A stretch of 64,000 nucleotides of DNA from a virus: positions 121,705 through 185,704 of IMG/VR virus record IMGVR_UViG_3300018962_000001. One strand, written 5' to 3'. The notes below the pieces were generated by a model. That model did not search any database, was not told the DNA's origin, and saw only the letters and a program-made list of their open reading frames with translations. Positions within the stretch are counted from its first letter, which is position 1. Each line of letters starts with the position of its first letter. Positions 18,101 through 28,050 of this stretch are shown here, piece by piece. A program made the translations under genes and the position numbers.

Positions 18101-19454
18101 CATCGACCCGAACACTGCGAACATGCGCCGTTACATCCAGTGCGGGGCCTTCAATCCCGCGCAGGGGATCACCGAACAGGCTCGTTGGTTCGGTGCGCCA
18201 GAGGCTATCATTCCCGACCAACCAGAGTGCCTTGCGCCACAGGATCGGCGTGCCCCAGTTATAGGGCGCTCCTTCATTGACGGGATCATAGCCGGGATCA
18301 CCCGGTCCTGCGCCGCTGGACTCTCCAATATAGTAGGCATCTGACCAATCTCGCCCATTGGTGCTGTAATACAGCACGCCGTGCCGGGCATGCACAAAAT
18401 CGCTATCACTCAGGATACGACGGCCTGCGAGAACGACCTTATCTCCGATCCGACTTGCCCGAAACCCACGAATCTCATCTTGCTCAGGCTCAGCGAAATC
18501 GATAGCCTCGACGGGATAATGATCGGAAAACATGCGATTTTCATAGAGCACGGCAGCGGGTCGTCCCGCCAGATCATCCATATACACCAGCACACAGCTC
18601 CCGCGATCAGGGTCAACGATGGCCGCCGTAAACTGAAATTCTCCATCCCAGAATGCCTGCGAGGAGACCAACCGGGCACGAGTGCTACTCTTAATATGCC
18701 GAGTCCGTTGCCAATAGGCGTTCGGACGGGACACGCCCTGGGAGTCCGTGCCGGAAGGGAAGAGTTGCCAGGCATGGAGATCAATCCACATGGTGCCCGG
18801 ATCGCCATTGGTATGTCCGGCGTGTTGGCGCGAGGCAGCAAACAGGAGATCGGGCCGCGGCGCGGCCAGCGCCGTAAGATTCCAGTGACGACTCCCGTCG
18901 AGGCGCACTGGGTTAAGCCAGGACATCCCCGGTCGGGTTGGGTGCCGCATCGAATCTTGATACCAAATCGCGCCATCGTGCTGGCTAATCCAGAAACAGC
19001 GGAGCCAGTGCCCAACCGAGGCTGAAAAGGCAGCGACCGCTTCGCGCGTCCCTTGCAACATGGTTGCGTTGGGGACGCGCGACCACTGCTGAAGCAGCGA
19101 AAGGACGCTGGTCTCGGCAGCCGTTCCAGGCACCGTGTTTAAAAAGATCGGTCCTTCCCGCCAATAGCGTTGGGGAACCCCAAAACTCCGCACCAGCGTA
19201 TCGTCGGGAGTGACGCACACAGAGCCGGTGGTTCCACCTCCATGAATGGCGTCCGCTCCTTGCCACCCATAGGCCGCCCCAGGACTTCCAGCGGCTTCCA
19301 TGCCGGTTGGAATGACACCGGCTCGGCCCGTCCGCGAATAAATGCGATTCCACCGCAGAACTGTTGGGTTGGGGCGGATAACCGCCTGGACTCGCGGCGT
19401 TTGAATCGCCGCGGAATCGGCGCGGAGAAAGTCGAGACTCAGATCCGTGCGCAC
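15174..19454 (-). CDS. large minor tail / baseplate-hub-like protein with CBM- and lectin-like domains
   Basis: 1426-aa ORF in the tail module; LDVTAHVRSVRVD...ITLKN...RYGGELEIRAGY hub-like segment; NRLRNPSVE CBM-like motif. Confidence 0.65.
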   Translation of the reverse strand: MRTDLSLDFLRADSAAIQTPRVQAVIRPNPTVLRWNRIYSRTGRAGVIPTGMEAAGSPGAAYGWQGADAIHGGGTTGSVCVTPDDTLVRSFGVPQRYWREGPIFLNTVPGTAAETSVLSLLQQWSRVPNATMLQGTREAVAAFSASVGHWLRCFWISQHDGAIWYQDSMRHPTRPGMSWLNPVRLDGSRHWNLTALAAPRPDLLFAASRQHAGHTNGDPGTMWIDLHAWQLFPSGTDSQGVSRPNAYWQRTRHIKSSTRARLVSSQAFWDGEFQFTAAIVDPDRGSCVLVYMDDLAGRPAAVLYENRMFSDHYPVEAIDFAEPEQDEIRGFRASRIGDKVVLAGRRILSDSDFVHARHGVLYYSTNGRDWSDAYYIGESSGAGPGDPGYDPVNEGAPYNWGTPILWRKALWLVGNDSLWRTEPTSLFGDPLRGIEGPALDVTAHVRSVRVDEPENPTAAAQGDITLKNELRLYHDHPLVRYGGELEIRAGYVGQGTLVNRLRNPSVESDSVGWTTGDSASHLERSAHAAYDGVVGLHVIAVQPTTFLQVGVTDQPIDPAVTDTFSIHVRNETVPGTGTIELHAVYRGGAVAAAAQVLLVGLVAEAVGTWRRVSAPFRADQPDRTHAAFFVRFTGVTDLHQSFFADAAQLEHGSQVSAYTTGESVWRDTELVRVFQGHIDQVGPQDVANVAGTLQVQATDYSNQIRHGQTDRAIVVPDPGERVTYRFDTESDLQALVPVAQSKWRWVNDQAHGEQYITTASHDEGGMEPGVHWLGFTTGLAGRVTIAVNVRTMHPHHAITVMPEDPDLGGRQTVGIVFGASSDFSQYYIVKWGRTCVGMELWKVRATYEYRDPQTGKATRDLRQNIYRTLLARSSAVPMIEGAQTTWPQFHEVEVTHQMHRILVQIDGFTYINIEDPVPLLDVLLAGPDGQSYGELQSTANCAVRVEIPPLEVQTALYSHQDLNDPEKPVTINDYAVATHFDMIRVVSHERETTVEEFLHRIATQRGFTHLRAEAQLDERWASGSLNGWTVLGGRDLAGQPAESHWRVDPGRLQYVDTGRAPMYRIWGLQSGVWAQNLVIDLDMQMEGTGGFGILARASPDGQRYALLTISIGGGCVDATDPRWARVRLYVNAPQPEGPTFVGFAESESLVPIFGNGEGRTWFRFVVDGPWYSVYANGVLARTFYDETLVAEGYWGLSAGLGMVGGTHQTTTIYQVRIPWLGLANYDPIPPGETLDKYLTTLLEGRQAWMVADGRTLRVGRTLAHTPVGTLRDARIMGGGYSVAYDQLPCAIRVVSKTASGLQIWGSAYSPTIAERIGRLLWRVISVDGLRDEDECRERAWQELLTIERSLRPRAYPVHPSLQYERFDLVEVTNTLDDTNGPLYIMGVQRSWERQEQSPAMSAQMTVRLQEQNATALVRARYYQPRE

Positions 19455-19458
19455 ATGC

Positions 19459-22400
19459 CTATCCTTTCAAGATATACCACCGATGTAAGCAGGCCGTCCC
19501 TTCACTGACCGCCAGCATTGCCAGCGGCACCTCGCTCAGAGTCACCGGCCACGGAATCGTTCCGACACTCACCATCCGTTTGCGATTCTGCCAGATTTCG
19601 AGTCGTGCCCCCCCAGGCCGCGCCGCCAGCACGACGAGATAGCGGCCTGCCACACGACCGTCGACACTGCCCGCGACTCGTGCTGTCTGGCCGGTTGGAT
19701 CAGCGGGGTCCACCCCCCATAGGAGAAAGCCCTGCGTTCGCCATTCTAACCAGATCCCGGCGCTGCCAAATCGTCGGTCGCGGGAGCTTGGGAGGGACAA
19801 TCCGATTTTGCCGGTTGCCGCCCCGCGCACGGCCTGAATCGTTAGATCGGCGACCAACGTGGGCTGGAATCGTGTCCCCGCTGCGCGTTCCCGAATCGAC
19901 GTACTTGCGAGGTGCGAGCCGTTCCCCGTCAAGACGATTCCAACATCCGGCTCATGGTCCACAACCCCCTGGATCGTATACAGCGGAGCAGGCAGATCGC
20001 TATAGGCGAACGCCCCCGTGGCTGATCGCCAAAAGACATCGGCCAGGGCTACGTCATGGCGGACGCGCCAGGTCGTTTGATACTGATCGGTTCCGCGCGC
20101 ATAGTGTCCCCGAACGCTGTGTGCGCGCAGCTCCGGCGTTTCGACCGCCACGCGCGTCCCATCCAGTAAAATCATGGGAAGAACGCCTGGGAGGGCCAGG
20201 AGACGCGGAAGGACTGCCGCCGTCGCCGCATCCGGCGGATAGGGTTCAACGGTCAGCGTTGTCAGATGGACGGCGCTCCGTTGGGCCACCGTTCGGCCAC
20301 TCGTGGTTTCGGTAGCCTGAACCATGCCGCCACCAAAGCCGCGCTCAATCGTCCCTGCGCGGGTGTATAACGCCACCCCGCCCAGGAACAGCATATTCCT
20401 GGGCACCTCCGACTCTGCCGGAAGGGTGGCTCCCGGTACCGGCGGCGACCACGGCGAGGGGCCACTTGGCCCCACGGTACGAATCTGGTACCAGTACACA
20501 CTTCCGCGTGGGAGGGGAACGTGATCCCACTGATAGGTGCGCTGCGTCGGATCGATCGGCAGCTGCGCGACGGGAGTCCACGTCAGCGCAGCTAAGGCAT
20601 ACGCGATTTCAAACCGCTGGGCAGTCGGGCTTGCCTGGGGATCGAAGGTCCAGTGGACTCGAATCCGATCAGCAAAGCCGCTCTCCGTCCGTACCGACTC
20701 CGGCGGCGGCGGCAGGACCGGCAAGGAGCCACTGACAAAGGACGACCACGGAGACACGCGCATGCCACTGACGGCGCGAACCGCATACGTCACAACGGTT
20801 CCGGGAGGCACCTGCGGATGCACCAACATCGGATGCGTCGCAGGCACGGATGGGAAACGGTACCACTGGCGGCGGTCAATGGTCCAGATCAGCTCATTAC
20901 TTTCTACCAGCGGCGTTGGATTGGTCCACTGGACCACGAGATCCGGTGCTTGCGGAATTACCACTAGATCAACGGGAGCTGCGAGCGACACTTCTTCGTG
21001 CCGGACGAGCGCGGCATGCTGGGTGGGGCGTCGCCCCGCTGCTCCGAGCAACATCGGCACCATGCGCAGGAGGACATGGTTTCCAGGGCGTCGTGGAATC
21101 ACCGCCCCACCCTGGGCCAGAGTATGCAGGAAATCAAGTCCGGCGACAGCGGGGTGGCGATTCCACCCCGGACTTCCGCCCAATGGATGCCGCAGACCAC
21201 TGATCGTTGCCGCCGCTCCTGCCATTCGCACGGGCATGGCTCCCCCAAGCGGATGGTGGCGATCGAAGGCGGCGGTGGGTGCGCGGGGTGCGGCTGGGAC
21301 CGATCCGCGTAGACTCACCTGGACCTGAAGCAGTGCGGCCCCGCCCTTCGCGGCTGCATGCTGGTGCCCCTGGATCGCGTGGCCGACTCGCACGGAGGCC
21401 GCCCCGGTAGGCCGGTGGCCGAAACTCGTCCCTTGGAGTGACGCGGCGGGAATCGCGGGCGTGCTACTCAGGAGCGCCACGGGCCGGACACGGCGGGCCG
21501 CCGCTGCCGCCCATAAGGTCGTCACTCCCCCACCCCAGGTAAGGCCACCCTGGATCGGGACGATCGCGGTCCCGTCCCGGCGACCCACGGTGCGCCGCAG
21601 GAGCCGCCCCTGGAGTCCCATACTGGCAGGAACCATACGGCGCAGGAGGGTACGGCGCAGGAGGGTTGTTCCCGGTGCTCCTGGGAGTGTAGGAAGGGCT
21701 ACCGTGCGCCACTTCTGGCGATGAACGGCCAGGGCTGCTAGAATCGAGTGTGTGCCCGTGCGTTGGAGCACCACGCGCCGGAGCACACTTCCCTCCACGC
21801 CCACCGTTGCTGCCACACCGCGCGCACGCCCCGTTCGCCACCCCACGGTGATGAGCAGCGCCGCCCCGGCCTGCTGGAACCGAGCACGGCCCACACGGTA
21901 TCCCAGGCTGGTCGTATTCGGGGTGGTCGCCGCAACAGCCCGCGGGACCGCCACACGGATCGTCAGATCCGTGGCGGCGCGACTCCGGCTCAAACTCGCC
22001 CCGGTAATGGCATGGGTCGTCATGAGGGCATTCACGTTATCGTAGGCGAGGGTATTCGGGGCACTTAGCGCTCCACCCGTACTGACATACGAATCGAATC
22101 GCACTCTGGTCGTGGCAAGCTGGCCCGCCGTGTAGAATCCTTGCCAGGCCAGATTCCATCCTGGCGGGTTCGTCCAGGTCGTGCCATCCGGCGAGAACTC
22201 AGCATAGATCGTCCCGCCGGTTTCCCGAATTCGTGCCCAGCGATTAGCATTCAAGTCAAGCGGTGCGGAGGCAATCGTGGTATCCACGCCTGCCACACGC
22301 CGCTCAAAACTTAATGTCGCCCCAATGATTCGGATCTGAATCCAATGGCTTGAGTCAAAGCGGAGCGTGATTTGGTTGCGTTGCCGACTATCCAGCGTGC

Positions 22401-25400
22401 CGAAGTCCGTAAATTGCCAGTGCAACCCGGATTCGGTGAGATCATAGGTCCCAGCACTCTGAAGCACCGGGAAAATGCCCGGCGCACTGGTATCAAACGC
22501 GATCTGGAGCACTTCCTGCTGGGTAATGGTCGCCCCCATCGCTGCCGTCATCGCCCAGCGGGTGGAATCGATCGTCGTCCCGGTAAAGCGATCGACCAGA
22601 TCACTCAATCGCCGAGATTCGAGTCGTCCTCCAAGACTAAAGGCCGTTTCCGACGCCTGGAGGTGCCCACTCACGCCAAAGCTCAGATCCTGAAGTGCCC
22701 GCAGCTGGCCGCTCACCAGAAATGACGCATCCAGTTGTTGCAGGAGCGCGGCCTTGATTTCGACCGCATGGAGCACCCAGTAGGTTGCGGCAGCAAAGGT
22801 GCCATCCAGAGTCACCTGCCCTGGCACCGGAACATCCGCGTACTCAATCGACACACTGGAGTTTGCGGATGCCGAGCTGGCTCCGGCGCGATGATTCAGG
22901 CGCAGGGGACTTTCGCCCTCACCCACGGCGAAGGTCGCATCCCGTGTCCCAACAATGGCAAGCGCACGCGCCTGGGCCGAGGTCGTCGATAACGCCACAC
23001 TTGGCGTGGTTTCTTGGGCCGTATCCTTCGTCGTCACGGGAACGCCGAATGCGCCACTCCCGCCGCTTCCCGTCGTGGCCGCATTGGTAAGCGGGACTGC
23101 GAGAATAACCGCCGAGTCGGACACCGCACTGAGGGTGGCAGTGGTTGGCCCGGTGGTTGGCGCAGCGCCAATACCACGAAACACGGCGAGCTGCGATCGT
23201 CCGCCACCATCAAAATCGTGAGTGATCCGAGTCCAGGTGATTCCATTCCCGGCCACCGAGTCGATCGTGAGGGGGACTTGCCGCCGCGCAACCACGGCGA
23301 CCAGAATGGGCGTATTCGACGGCGGGGACCAGGTGCTCGTGGCGACCGTTTGCGCGGCAAGCGCTGATCCCACCACCTCGGTGCCGAATCCCAGCGGCGC
23401 AATCTGTGGCGGAGCTTGCAGCTTTGCTCCCACGCTGAAGCTGCACTCTCGTTCCTCAACGGTCATGATCGCAGGTTGAATCACCAGAACCGAGGCCGCC
23501 GCCGCCGCCGCATACGTGAACCCCGATGTTTTCACGCCACTGGGGGAAAGAGCACTGAGGTGTTGTGATGCGGTGGCGAAGCTGATTTGGACGCCGGAGG
23601 TTTTTCCCTGTGCCTGGATCGTCATCTCGCCTGGTGGGGTGATCGTATTCAGCGCGCCAATGGAGGAAACAAAAAGCAATAAGAGTCCATCGGCGACATC
23701 TGGTTGGAGTGACGGAGCAAGGATCTGGGATTCGGTCGACAGATTGGTTGAGCCATCGATCACATTGACCAGGCTGGAACGGTCCACATTGTTGAGGGTA
23801 TAGATCGTTCCCCCACTCGGGACCGCTTCTTCAAGGGTAAAGGTAAACGGCTGCGCTCCACCCGCCGGGGCGTAGCGTCCAAACACCGCGTCGGCGACCG
23901 AATAGTCTTTGTTGGTTCGGATCAGGAGACTCCACCCTTCGGGCGGCGTAATCTCCACGCGCGGTAACGTCCCTGTATTACGAATGGCAACATGCGCAAT
24001 CAGCGCCTGATCCGCGAGGGTCTGTGCCACGCTCGTGAGCGTGATCGTCCCCGCAGCGGCTTGGGGTGGCGTGACGCCCACCCCGACAATCGAGATCGGC
24101 TTCGATTGCACACGCTGTCCAACGTGCAGCATGCCGCCAAGCGGAACCAGGAGCGAATGTTCGCCCGTGGTCGTGCCTGCTGCAATTTTGCCCCCTACCG
24201 TAAAGGACCGATCCACAACCGTGATCCCGGCACTCGCTGCTAAGACCGAGATCGATCCCAGGAGATAGGAATCATCGGCTTGTTTTCCGTTCTGAGCGAG
24301 CCGGAGATTCGGGGCTTTGCCCGCCTGATCCACGATGACCACATGCAGGTTATACGATCCAGCGGGAACCGTGAGCGGTATATTGATGGTATCAAGGACG
24401 GTCACCGGCGCTTCGCCGGTGGGCAGCAGTTTCGTGAGATCGAGACTCGATGCGGGACTTTGCCACGTGACCGTTCCCGTCGAGGGATGGCGGAATTGGT
24501 AATAGATTAGCCAGCGGAGAAAGCTGCGGCTCACGCCCAGGTTCTTCCACTCGCTGGTGATCGTCGTTTGTTGCCCTGCACGAATCGTGGTCCCTCGGAT
24601 GCCAGTCATCGCATAGCGATACCCCGACGTGGACATACAGAGGATAAAGTTCTGCTGTTCTTCAAGCGTTAAGTTGCTATATGCCTGTGAGATGTTGCCA
24701 TTCATCACCGAATCGACGCCGTAATAGCGGATGTGATCGAGGGTCAGGGCATAGTTCTCGCTGCCTCGGTACCATTCCCCGGTAAACGGCGCATCATAGA
24801 TCTGGGTCCGCAGCAGTGCCCATAGGGTACGACTCGCCCCCATTTTGCGGCGGAGGTCAAAATGCTCGATCTTGCCGAGGCTTTCGCGTCGCGCGCCGAC
24901 CCAGGGATAGGTCGATCGGGCATATTCGTAGGAATAGGTGTCATCGGTCATGATGTACACAAACGTGTTTGGAAACATCGCCACCAGTTGATCGATGACA
25001 TATTGCTTGGTCGCGTTCGTTGCAAAATACGGGGCGTTGCCCGGAAGATACCCCTCCCCAAATTGTCCATACCAGAACAGATCGATCGCCTCGAAGTTCA
25101 CATTCTTATCGTAGCGAGTCGCAATCGCTTGAAAGCAAGCGAGCAACCGTTCCAAGAAGTAGGCATGATTCCAGTTCGGACACCACAGGTCGCCGAGCCA
25201 CGCGCCATACGGGGAAACCGTGAGGTAGCCGGGCACTTTTGATCCGGTATAACCGCCCCCACCCATCGGGTTTAACCCAAACTGGAAACGTCGCCCTTTC
25301 TGGGTTGCCCACCCGACCCAGGTATCCAGCGAGGACCAGTCATACACGCCCTGGCTGGTTTCAAAGTCATTCCAGAACCGCCGTCGATACGAGACGCGCC

Positions 25401-26166
25401 CCGGCATCGCAACGACCTGCGAACTAAACCATTCAACCGAGCCACGCATGGGATTGGGAATCTCATTGGCGGCAACCGTGGAATACGGGATCAGGGTGGG
25501 AGTAAACTGAAATGCGGGGGACGGCGGAACCGTGCCGGGCGCGAGCCGCAGGACAACCATTTGCCCGATATTGGTCGCCGCCGCCGCCGCCGAGGCGGTT
25601 AAGGAGGCAATCGTGCTGGCATTCAGGATCGTGCGATCGGCGACGGAGACGGTCAGGCTTAGGTTGGCGGCACGTGCTTGGGGAGTCCAGGTAGTCGGAT
25701 CGGTGATCGTGGTTCCCGCAGCGGTCGCCGTAAAGACGAGGACATGGACATCCGCCACCTGGGGGAGCGTAACCCCAGGAATCGCGATCCCCGTGCTGGT
25801 ACTGGTAAAGACGCCGGTGGAGTCGAGGACGGGAGCGGTCGGATCGAGTCCACCCAGACAGGCAATGGCACCCGCAGCTTGGTACTTGGTGTCAAAGGTT
25901 GCAAGATGATAGCGTGGCTCAGTCGCCGTCACCTTACGGATATACAGCGCCGAGGCGATCGTCGATCCCGACTGCGTACGTCGGATGGGCGTCCAGTTGG
26001 GCAGCGTGATCGTCACCGTGGCACTGGTGACCGCGATCTGCGCGATCAGCCATTCGCCGGGCACGGCATTATACGGAGTCACGAGGAGGAGAAAGTCGGC
26101 GAGCGCCGCTCCCCCACTCGTCGTTCCGTTGTGATCGGCGAGAATGCCGCGCCGGACAATTGGCAT
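19459..26166 (-). CDS. giant virion protein with a glycoside-hydrolase-like (DUF4832/GH42-like) domain, a lectin-like domain and FN3 domains
   Basis: IPNPMRG..YRRRFWNDFETSQGVYDWSSLD...PNWN..YFLERL...IATRYDKN...YGQFGEG...GYRY...WKNLGV; FN3-like YAVRAVS..SPWS and YQIRTVGPSGPSPWS. Confidence 0.7.
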   Translation of the reverse strand: MPIVRRGILADHNGTTSGGAALADFLLLVTPYNAVPGEWLIAQIAVTSATVTITLPNWTPIRRTQSGSTIASALYIRKVTATEPRYHLATFDTKYQAAGAIACLGGLDPTAPVLDSTGVFTSTSTGIAIPGVTLPQVADVHVLVFTATAAGTTITDPTTWTPQARAANLSLTVSVADRTILNASTIASLTASAAAAATNIGQMVVLRLAPGTVPPSPAFQFTPTLIPYSTVAANEIPNPMRGSVEWFSSQVVAMPGRVSYRRRFWNDFETSQGVYDWSSLDTWVGWATQKGRRFQFGLNPMGGGGYTGSKVPGYLTVSPYGAWLGDLWCPNWNHAYFLERLLACFQAIATRYDKNVNFEAIDLFWYGQFGEGYLPGNAPYFATNATKQYVIDQLVAMFPNTFVYIMTDDTYSYEYARSTYPWVGARRESLGKIEHFDLRRKMGASRTLWALLRTQIYDAPFTGEWYRGSENYALTLDHIRYYGVDSVMNGNISQAYSNLTLEEQQNFILCMSTSGYRYAMTGIRGTTIRAGQQTTITSEWKNLGVSRSFLRWLIYYQFRHPSTGTVTWQSPASSLDLTKLLPTGEAPVTVLDTINIPLTVPAGSYNLHVVIVDQAGKAPNLRLAQNGKQADDSYLLGSISVLAASAGITVVDRSFTVGGKIAAGTTTGEHSLLVPLGGMLHVGQRVQSKPISIVGVGVTPPQAAAGTITLTSVAQTLADQALIAHVAIRNTGTLPRVEITPPEGWSLLIRTNKDYSVADAVFGRYAPAGGAQPFTFTLEEAVPSGGTIYTLNNVDRSSLVNVIDGSTNLSTESQILAPSLQPDVADGLLLLFVSSIGALNTITPPGEMTIQAQGKTSGVQISFATASQHLSALSPSGVKTSGFTYAAAAAASVLVIQPAIMTVEERECSFSVGAKLQAPPQIAPLGFGTEVVGSALAAQTVATSTWSPPSNTPILVAVVARRQVPLTIDSVAGNGITWTRITHDFDGGGRSQLAVFRGIGAAPTTGPTTATLSAVSDSAVILAVPLTNAATTGSGGSGAFGVPVTTKDTAQETTPSVALSTTSAQARALAIVGTRDATFAVGEGESPLRLNHRAGASSASANSSVSIEYADVPVPGQVTLDGTFAAATYWVLHAVEIKAALLQQLDASFLVSGQLRALQDLSFGVSGHLQASETAFSLGGRLESRRLSDLVDRFTGTTIDSTRWAMTAAMGATITQQEVLQIAFDTSAPGIFPVLQSAGTYDLTESGLHWQFTDFGTLDSRQRNQITLRFDSSHWIQIRIIGATLSFERRVAGVDTTIASAPLDLNANRWARIRETGGTIYAEFSPDGTTWTNPPGWNLAWQGFYTAGQLATTRVRFDSYVSTGGALSAPNTLAYDNVNALMTTHAITGASLSRSRAATDLTIRVAVPRAVAATTPNTTSLGYRVGRARFQQAGAALLITVGWRTGRARGVAATVGVEGSVLRRVVLQRTGTHSILAALAVHRQKWRTVALPTLPGAPGTTLLRRTLLRRMVPASMGLQGRLLRRTVGRRDGTAIVPIQGGLTWGGGVTTLWAAAAARRVRPVALLSSTPAIPAASLQGTSFGHRPTGAASVRVGHAIQGHQHAAAKGGAALLQVQVSLRGSVPAAPRAPTAAFDRHHPLGGAMPVRMAGAAATISGLRHPLGGSPGWNRHPAVAGLDFLHTLAQGGAVIPRRPGNHVLLRMVPMLLGAAGRRPTQHAALVRHEEVSLAAPVDLVVIPQAPDLVVQWTNPTPLVESNELIWTIDRRQWYRFPSVPATHPMLVHPQVPPGTVVTYAVRAVSGMRVSPWSSFVSGSLPVLPPPPESVRTESGFADRIRVHWTFDPQASPTAQRFEIAYALAALTWTPVAQLPIDPTQRTYQWDHVPLPRGSVYWYQIRTVGPSGPSPWSPPVPGATLPAESEVPRNMLFLGGVALYTRAGTIERGFGGGMVQATETTSGRTVAQRSAVHLTTLTVEPYPPDAATAAVLPRLLALPGVLPMILLDGTRVAVETPELRAHSVRGHYARGTDQYQTTWRVRHDVALADVFWRSATGAFAYSDLPAPLYTIQGVVDHEPDVGIVLTGNGSHLASTSIRERAAGTRFQPTLVADLTIQAVRGAATGKIGLSLPSSRDRRFGSAGIWLEWRTQGFLLWGVDPADPTGQTARVAGSVDGRVAGRYLVVLAARPGGARLEIWQNRKRMVSVGTIPWPVTLSEVPLAMLAVSEGTACLHRWYILKG

Positions 26167-26168
26167 GC

Positions 26169-26567
26169 CTATGCTTCTCCGGTCGTCAGTTTCAGATCAC
26201 CGTTCGGATAGATGTACAGACGCACCGCGCGGACGCTGGTGATCTCAAGCTTGTCCGCAACGAGGCTCTGGGTCACCGTTCCCTGCATCACCTGGAGACT
26301 TTTCTCAACCACCCATGTTTTCGCCCAGCGTTCGTCAGCCGCCACCTCCAGGATGATCCGGCGGTGCGTTAAGTAGATGGGGGTGAGCACGATACGTCGC
26401 AGGGCCGACTCGCGCACCACGTCGATCGATTGTTCAACCCATCGATCGTGCTCCCAGCGATATTGGGAAATCGTGGTCCCATCCACCAGATCCGCGTTCC
26501 AGATGTACCCCCCGCGGAGATTCTCGACGCCCACCTGAGCCACCAGATCGACAACCGATAGATCCAT
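26169..26567 (-). CDS. hypothetical protein (tail module)
   Basis: AAGGAGG RBS; tight gene packing. Confidence 0.6.
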   Translation of the reverse strand: MDLSVVDLVAQVGVENLRGGYIWNADLVDGTTISQYRWEHDRWVEQSIDVVRESALRRIVLTPIYLTHRRIILEVAADERWAKTWVVEKSLQVMQGTVTQSLVADKLEITSVRAVRLYIYPNGDLKLTTGEA

Positions 26568-26576
26568 CCAGCCTCC

Positions 26577-27083
26577 TTAGGTTTCGTCATACCGATACGT
26601 CAGCGTATAGTTTGGAAGCACCCCGGCGGCGGCGGCGGCGGTCACGCCCATTTGCGCATGCACATAATCTTGTGTGCCAACGCCGGTGCTGGCACTCAGC
26701 ACCGTCCCCGCATTCACCACAAGGGGACTGGCGGCGGTATAGGAGGCCGCACTGACTCCATTGGAAATCCGCGTGGTTTCTTCCGCCGCATTGGGCTGGC
26801 TATAGGTCGAAGTTGTGCGGAGATACAAGGTTACGCCGGTTGCCCAAGCCCCTGATCCAAACAGCCGCAGATTGCTAATGCTGCCACTTGGCGCGGTGGT
26901 CGCTTCCATCTTAAAATACTTCGACCAGGAAAAGACCTCCCCCTGTCCCGGTATCTGCACGGGAACCGTTGCGACATCGGTGGTCGGATCACTATCACCT
27001 TTATGAAACCGCCCACCAGCAGCCAGCGCGGTCCCTGCCGCCACCGCACCGTGATAGGAAAGTGCCCGCGTGGTTGCTGGCAT
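26577..27083 (-). CDS. putative virion structural protein
   Basis: A/T/G/S-rich, beta-strand-like 168 aa ending TYRYDET; GGAGG RBS. Confidence 0.6.
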   Translation of the reverse strand: MPATTRALSYHGAVAAGTALAAGGRFHKGDSDPTTDVATVPVQIPGQGEVFSWSKYFKMEATTAPSGSISNLRLFGSGAWATGVTLYLRTTSTYSQPNAAEETTRISNGVSAASYTAASPLVVNAGTVLSASTGVGTQDYVHAQMGVTAAAAAGVLPNYTLTYRYDET

Positions 27084-27094
27084 GGAGAGCCTCC

Positions 27095-27724
27095 TTAGCC
27101 TTCATAGAGCGCCAGTGCGCCGGGGGCAATCGACGGCGCACTATCGCCCGCGTTGATCGTGCGTGGCAAGCCCAGCAGCACGCCTGCGGAGTCCGTGTGC
27201 CCGGTTGCTCCAGCACCGCGCGTCACGGTCCACACGGTGGTTCCTTGCCCGGCGGTCACCGTCAGTTGCTCATCGTCGATCGTGATGGTATAGCTCCCGG
27301 AGGTGGGAAAGCCACTCGCAGACGCGACGGTGATCGTCGTCGCCACGGCAGTGATTGCGCCGACCAACAAGGTGTACGCGCCGACCGGACCACCTTCCCA
27401 ATAATTGCCCCCCACCGCCGCATCCCAGATTCCAAAGAAGGCCACCGTTCCCCAGTTCGCGCCGGTCGGCACCGGAAACGTAATGGCATTCACATTCGTA
27501 ATGCGCTGCACCTCATTCCCCACGGCAACGGGCGCAAACCACGAGGCATCGCCAACCGGCACCGCCACGCGGGCATAGCCTCCTCCGGACACCTCATTCG
27601 CGCCGGTATCTCCTGGATCGCCGGTATGGAGGGATACATACACGGTGGTTGGTTTTGCCAGGGTGGCCGATCGGTAGCGATGATTCAGGAGGGCTGCCTC
27701 CAAGTAGTTCGACTTTCCAGCCAT
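27095..27724 (-). CDS. phage tail-fibre-associated structural protein
   Basis: MAGKSNYLEAALLNH...TVYVSLHTGDPGDTGANEVSGGGYARVAV...ITFP..TGANWGTVAFFGIWDA is a recurrent phage minor-tail pattern. Confidence 0.7.
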   Translation of the reverse strand: MAGKSNYLEAALLNHRYRSATLAKPTTVYVSLHTGDPGDTGANEVSGGGYARVAVPVGDASWFAPVAVGNEVQRITNVNAITFPVPTGANWGTVAFFGIWDAAVGGNYWEGGPVGAYTLLVGAITAVATTITVASASGFPTSGSYTITIDDEQLTVTAGQGTTVWTVTRGAGATGHTDSAGVLLGLPRTINAGDSAPSIAPGALALYEG

Positions 27725-27729
27725 ACGGC

Positions 27730-28038
27730 TTAGACTCCTTCCATGACAATTTCAAGGATCTCCAGCGTCAGCGTCACCGGGCGCTGCGGGTCGGGGATCG
27801 CAACCGGCGTGATCGCTCCTGCCGGAAGGTGGATTCCAGATGGCAAGGTGATCGGGAGCGGCATGCCACCCATCGCCAGCAGCAGGGCGGATTCTTGGGC
27901 GGGTGTTTCCACCACCACACCGATTTGCCAGCGCCGTGCCGCCTGCCAGATCTGTCCCCCGCCGAGTTGTTGGGTTTCCGATCCGGCAACCGTGTAGAAC
28001 GGGGTCGATCCGAGATAGAATGGGCTTAATAGTACCAT
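27730..28038 (-). CDS. hypothetical protein following the tape measure gene (distal-tail position)
   Basis: AAGGAG RBS; position in module. Confidence 0.5.
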   Translation of the reverse strand: MVLLSPFYLGSTPFYTVAGSETQQLGGGQIWQAARRWQIGVVVETPAQESALLLAMGGMPLPITLPSGIHLPAGAITPVAIPDPQRPVTLTLEILEIVMEGV

Positions 28039-28050
28039 CCCCTGGACTCC

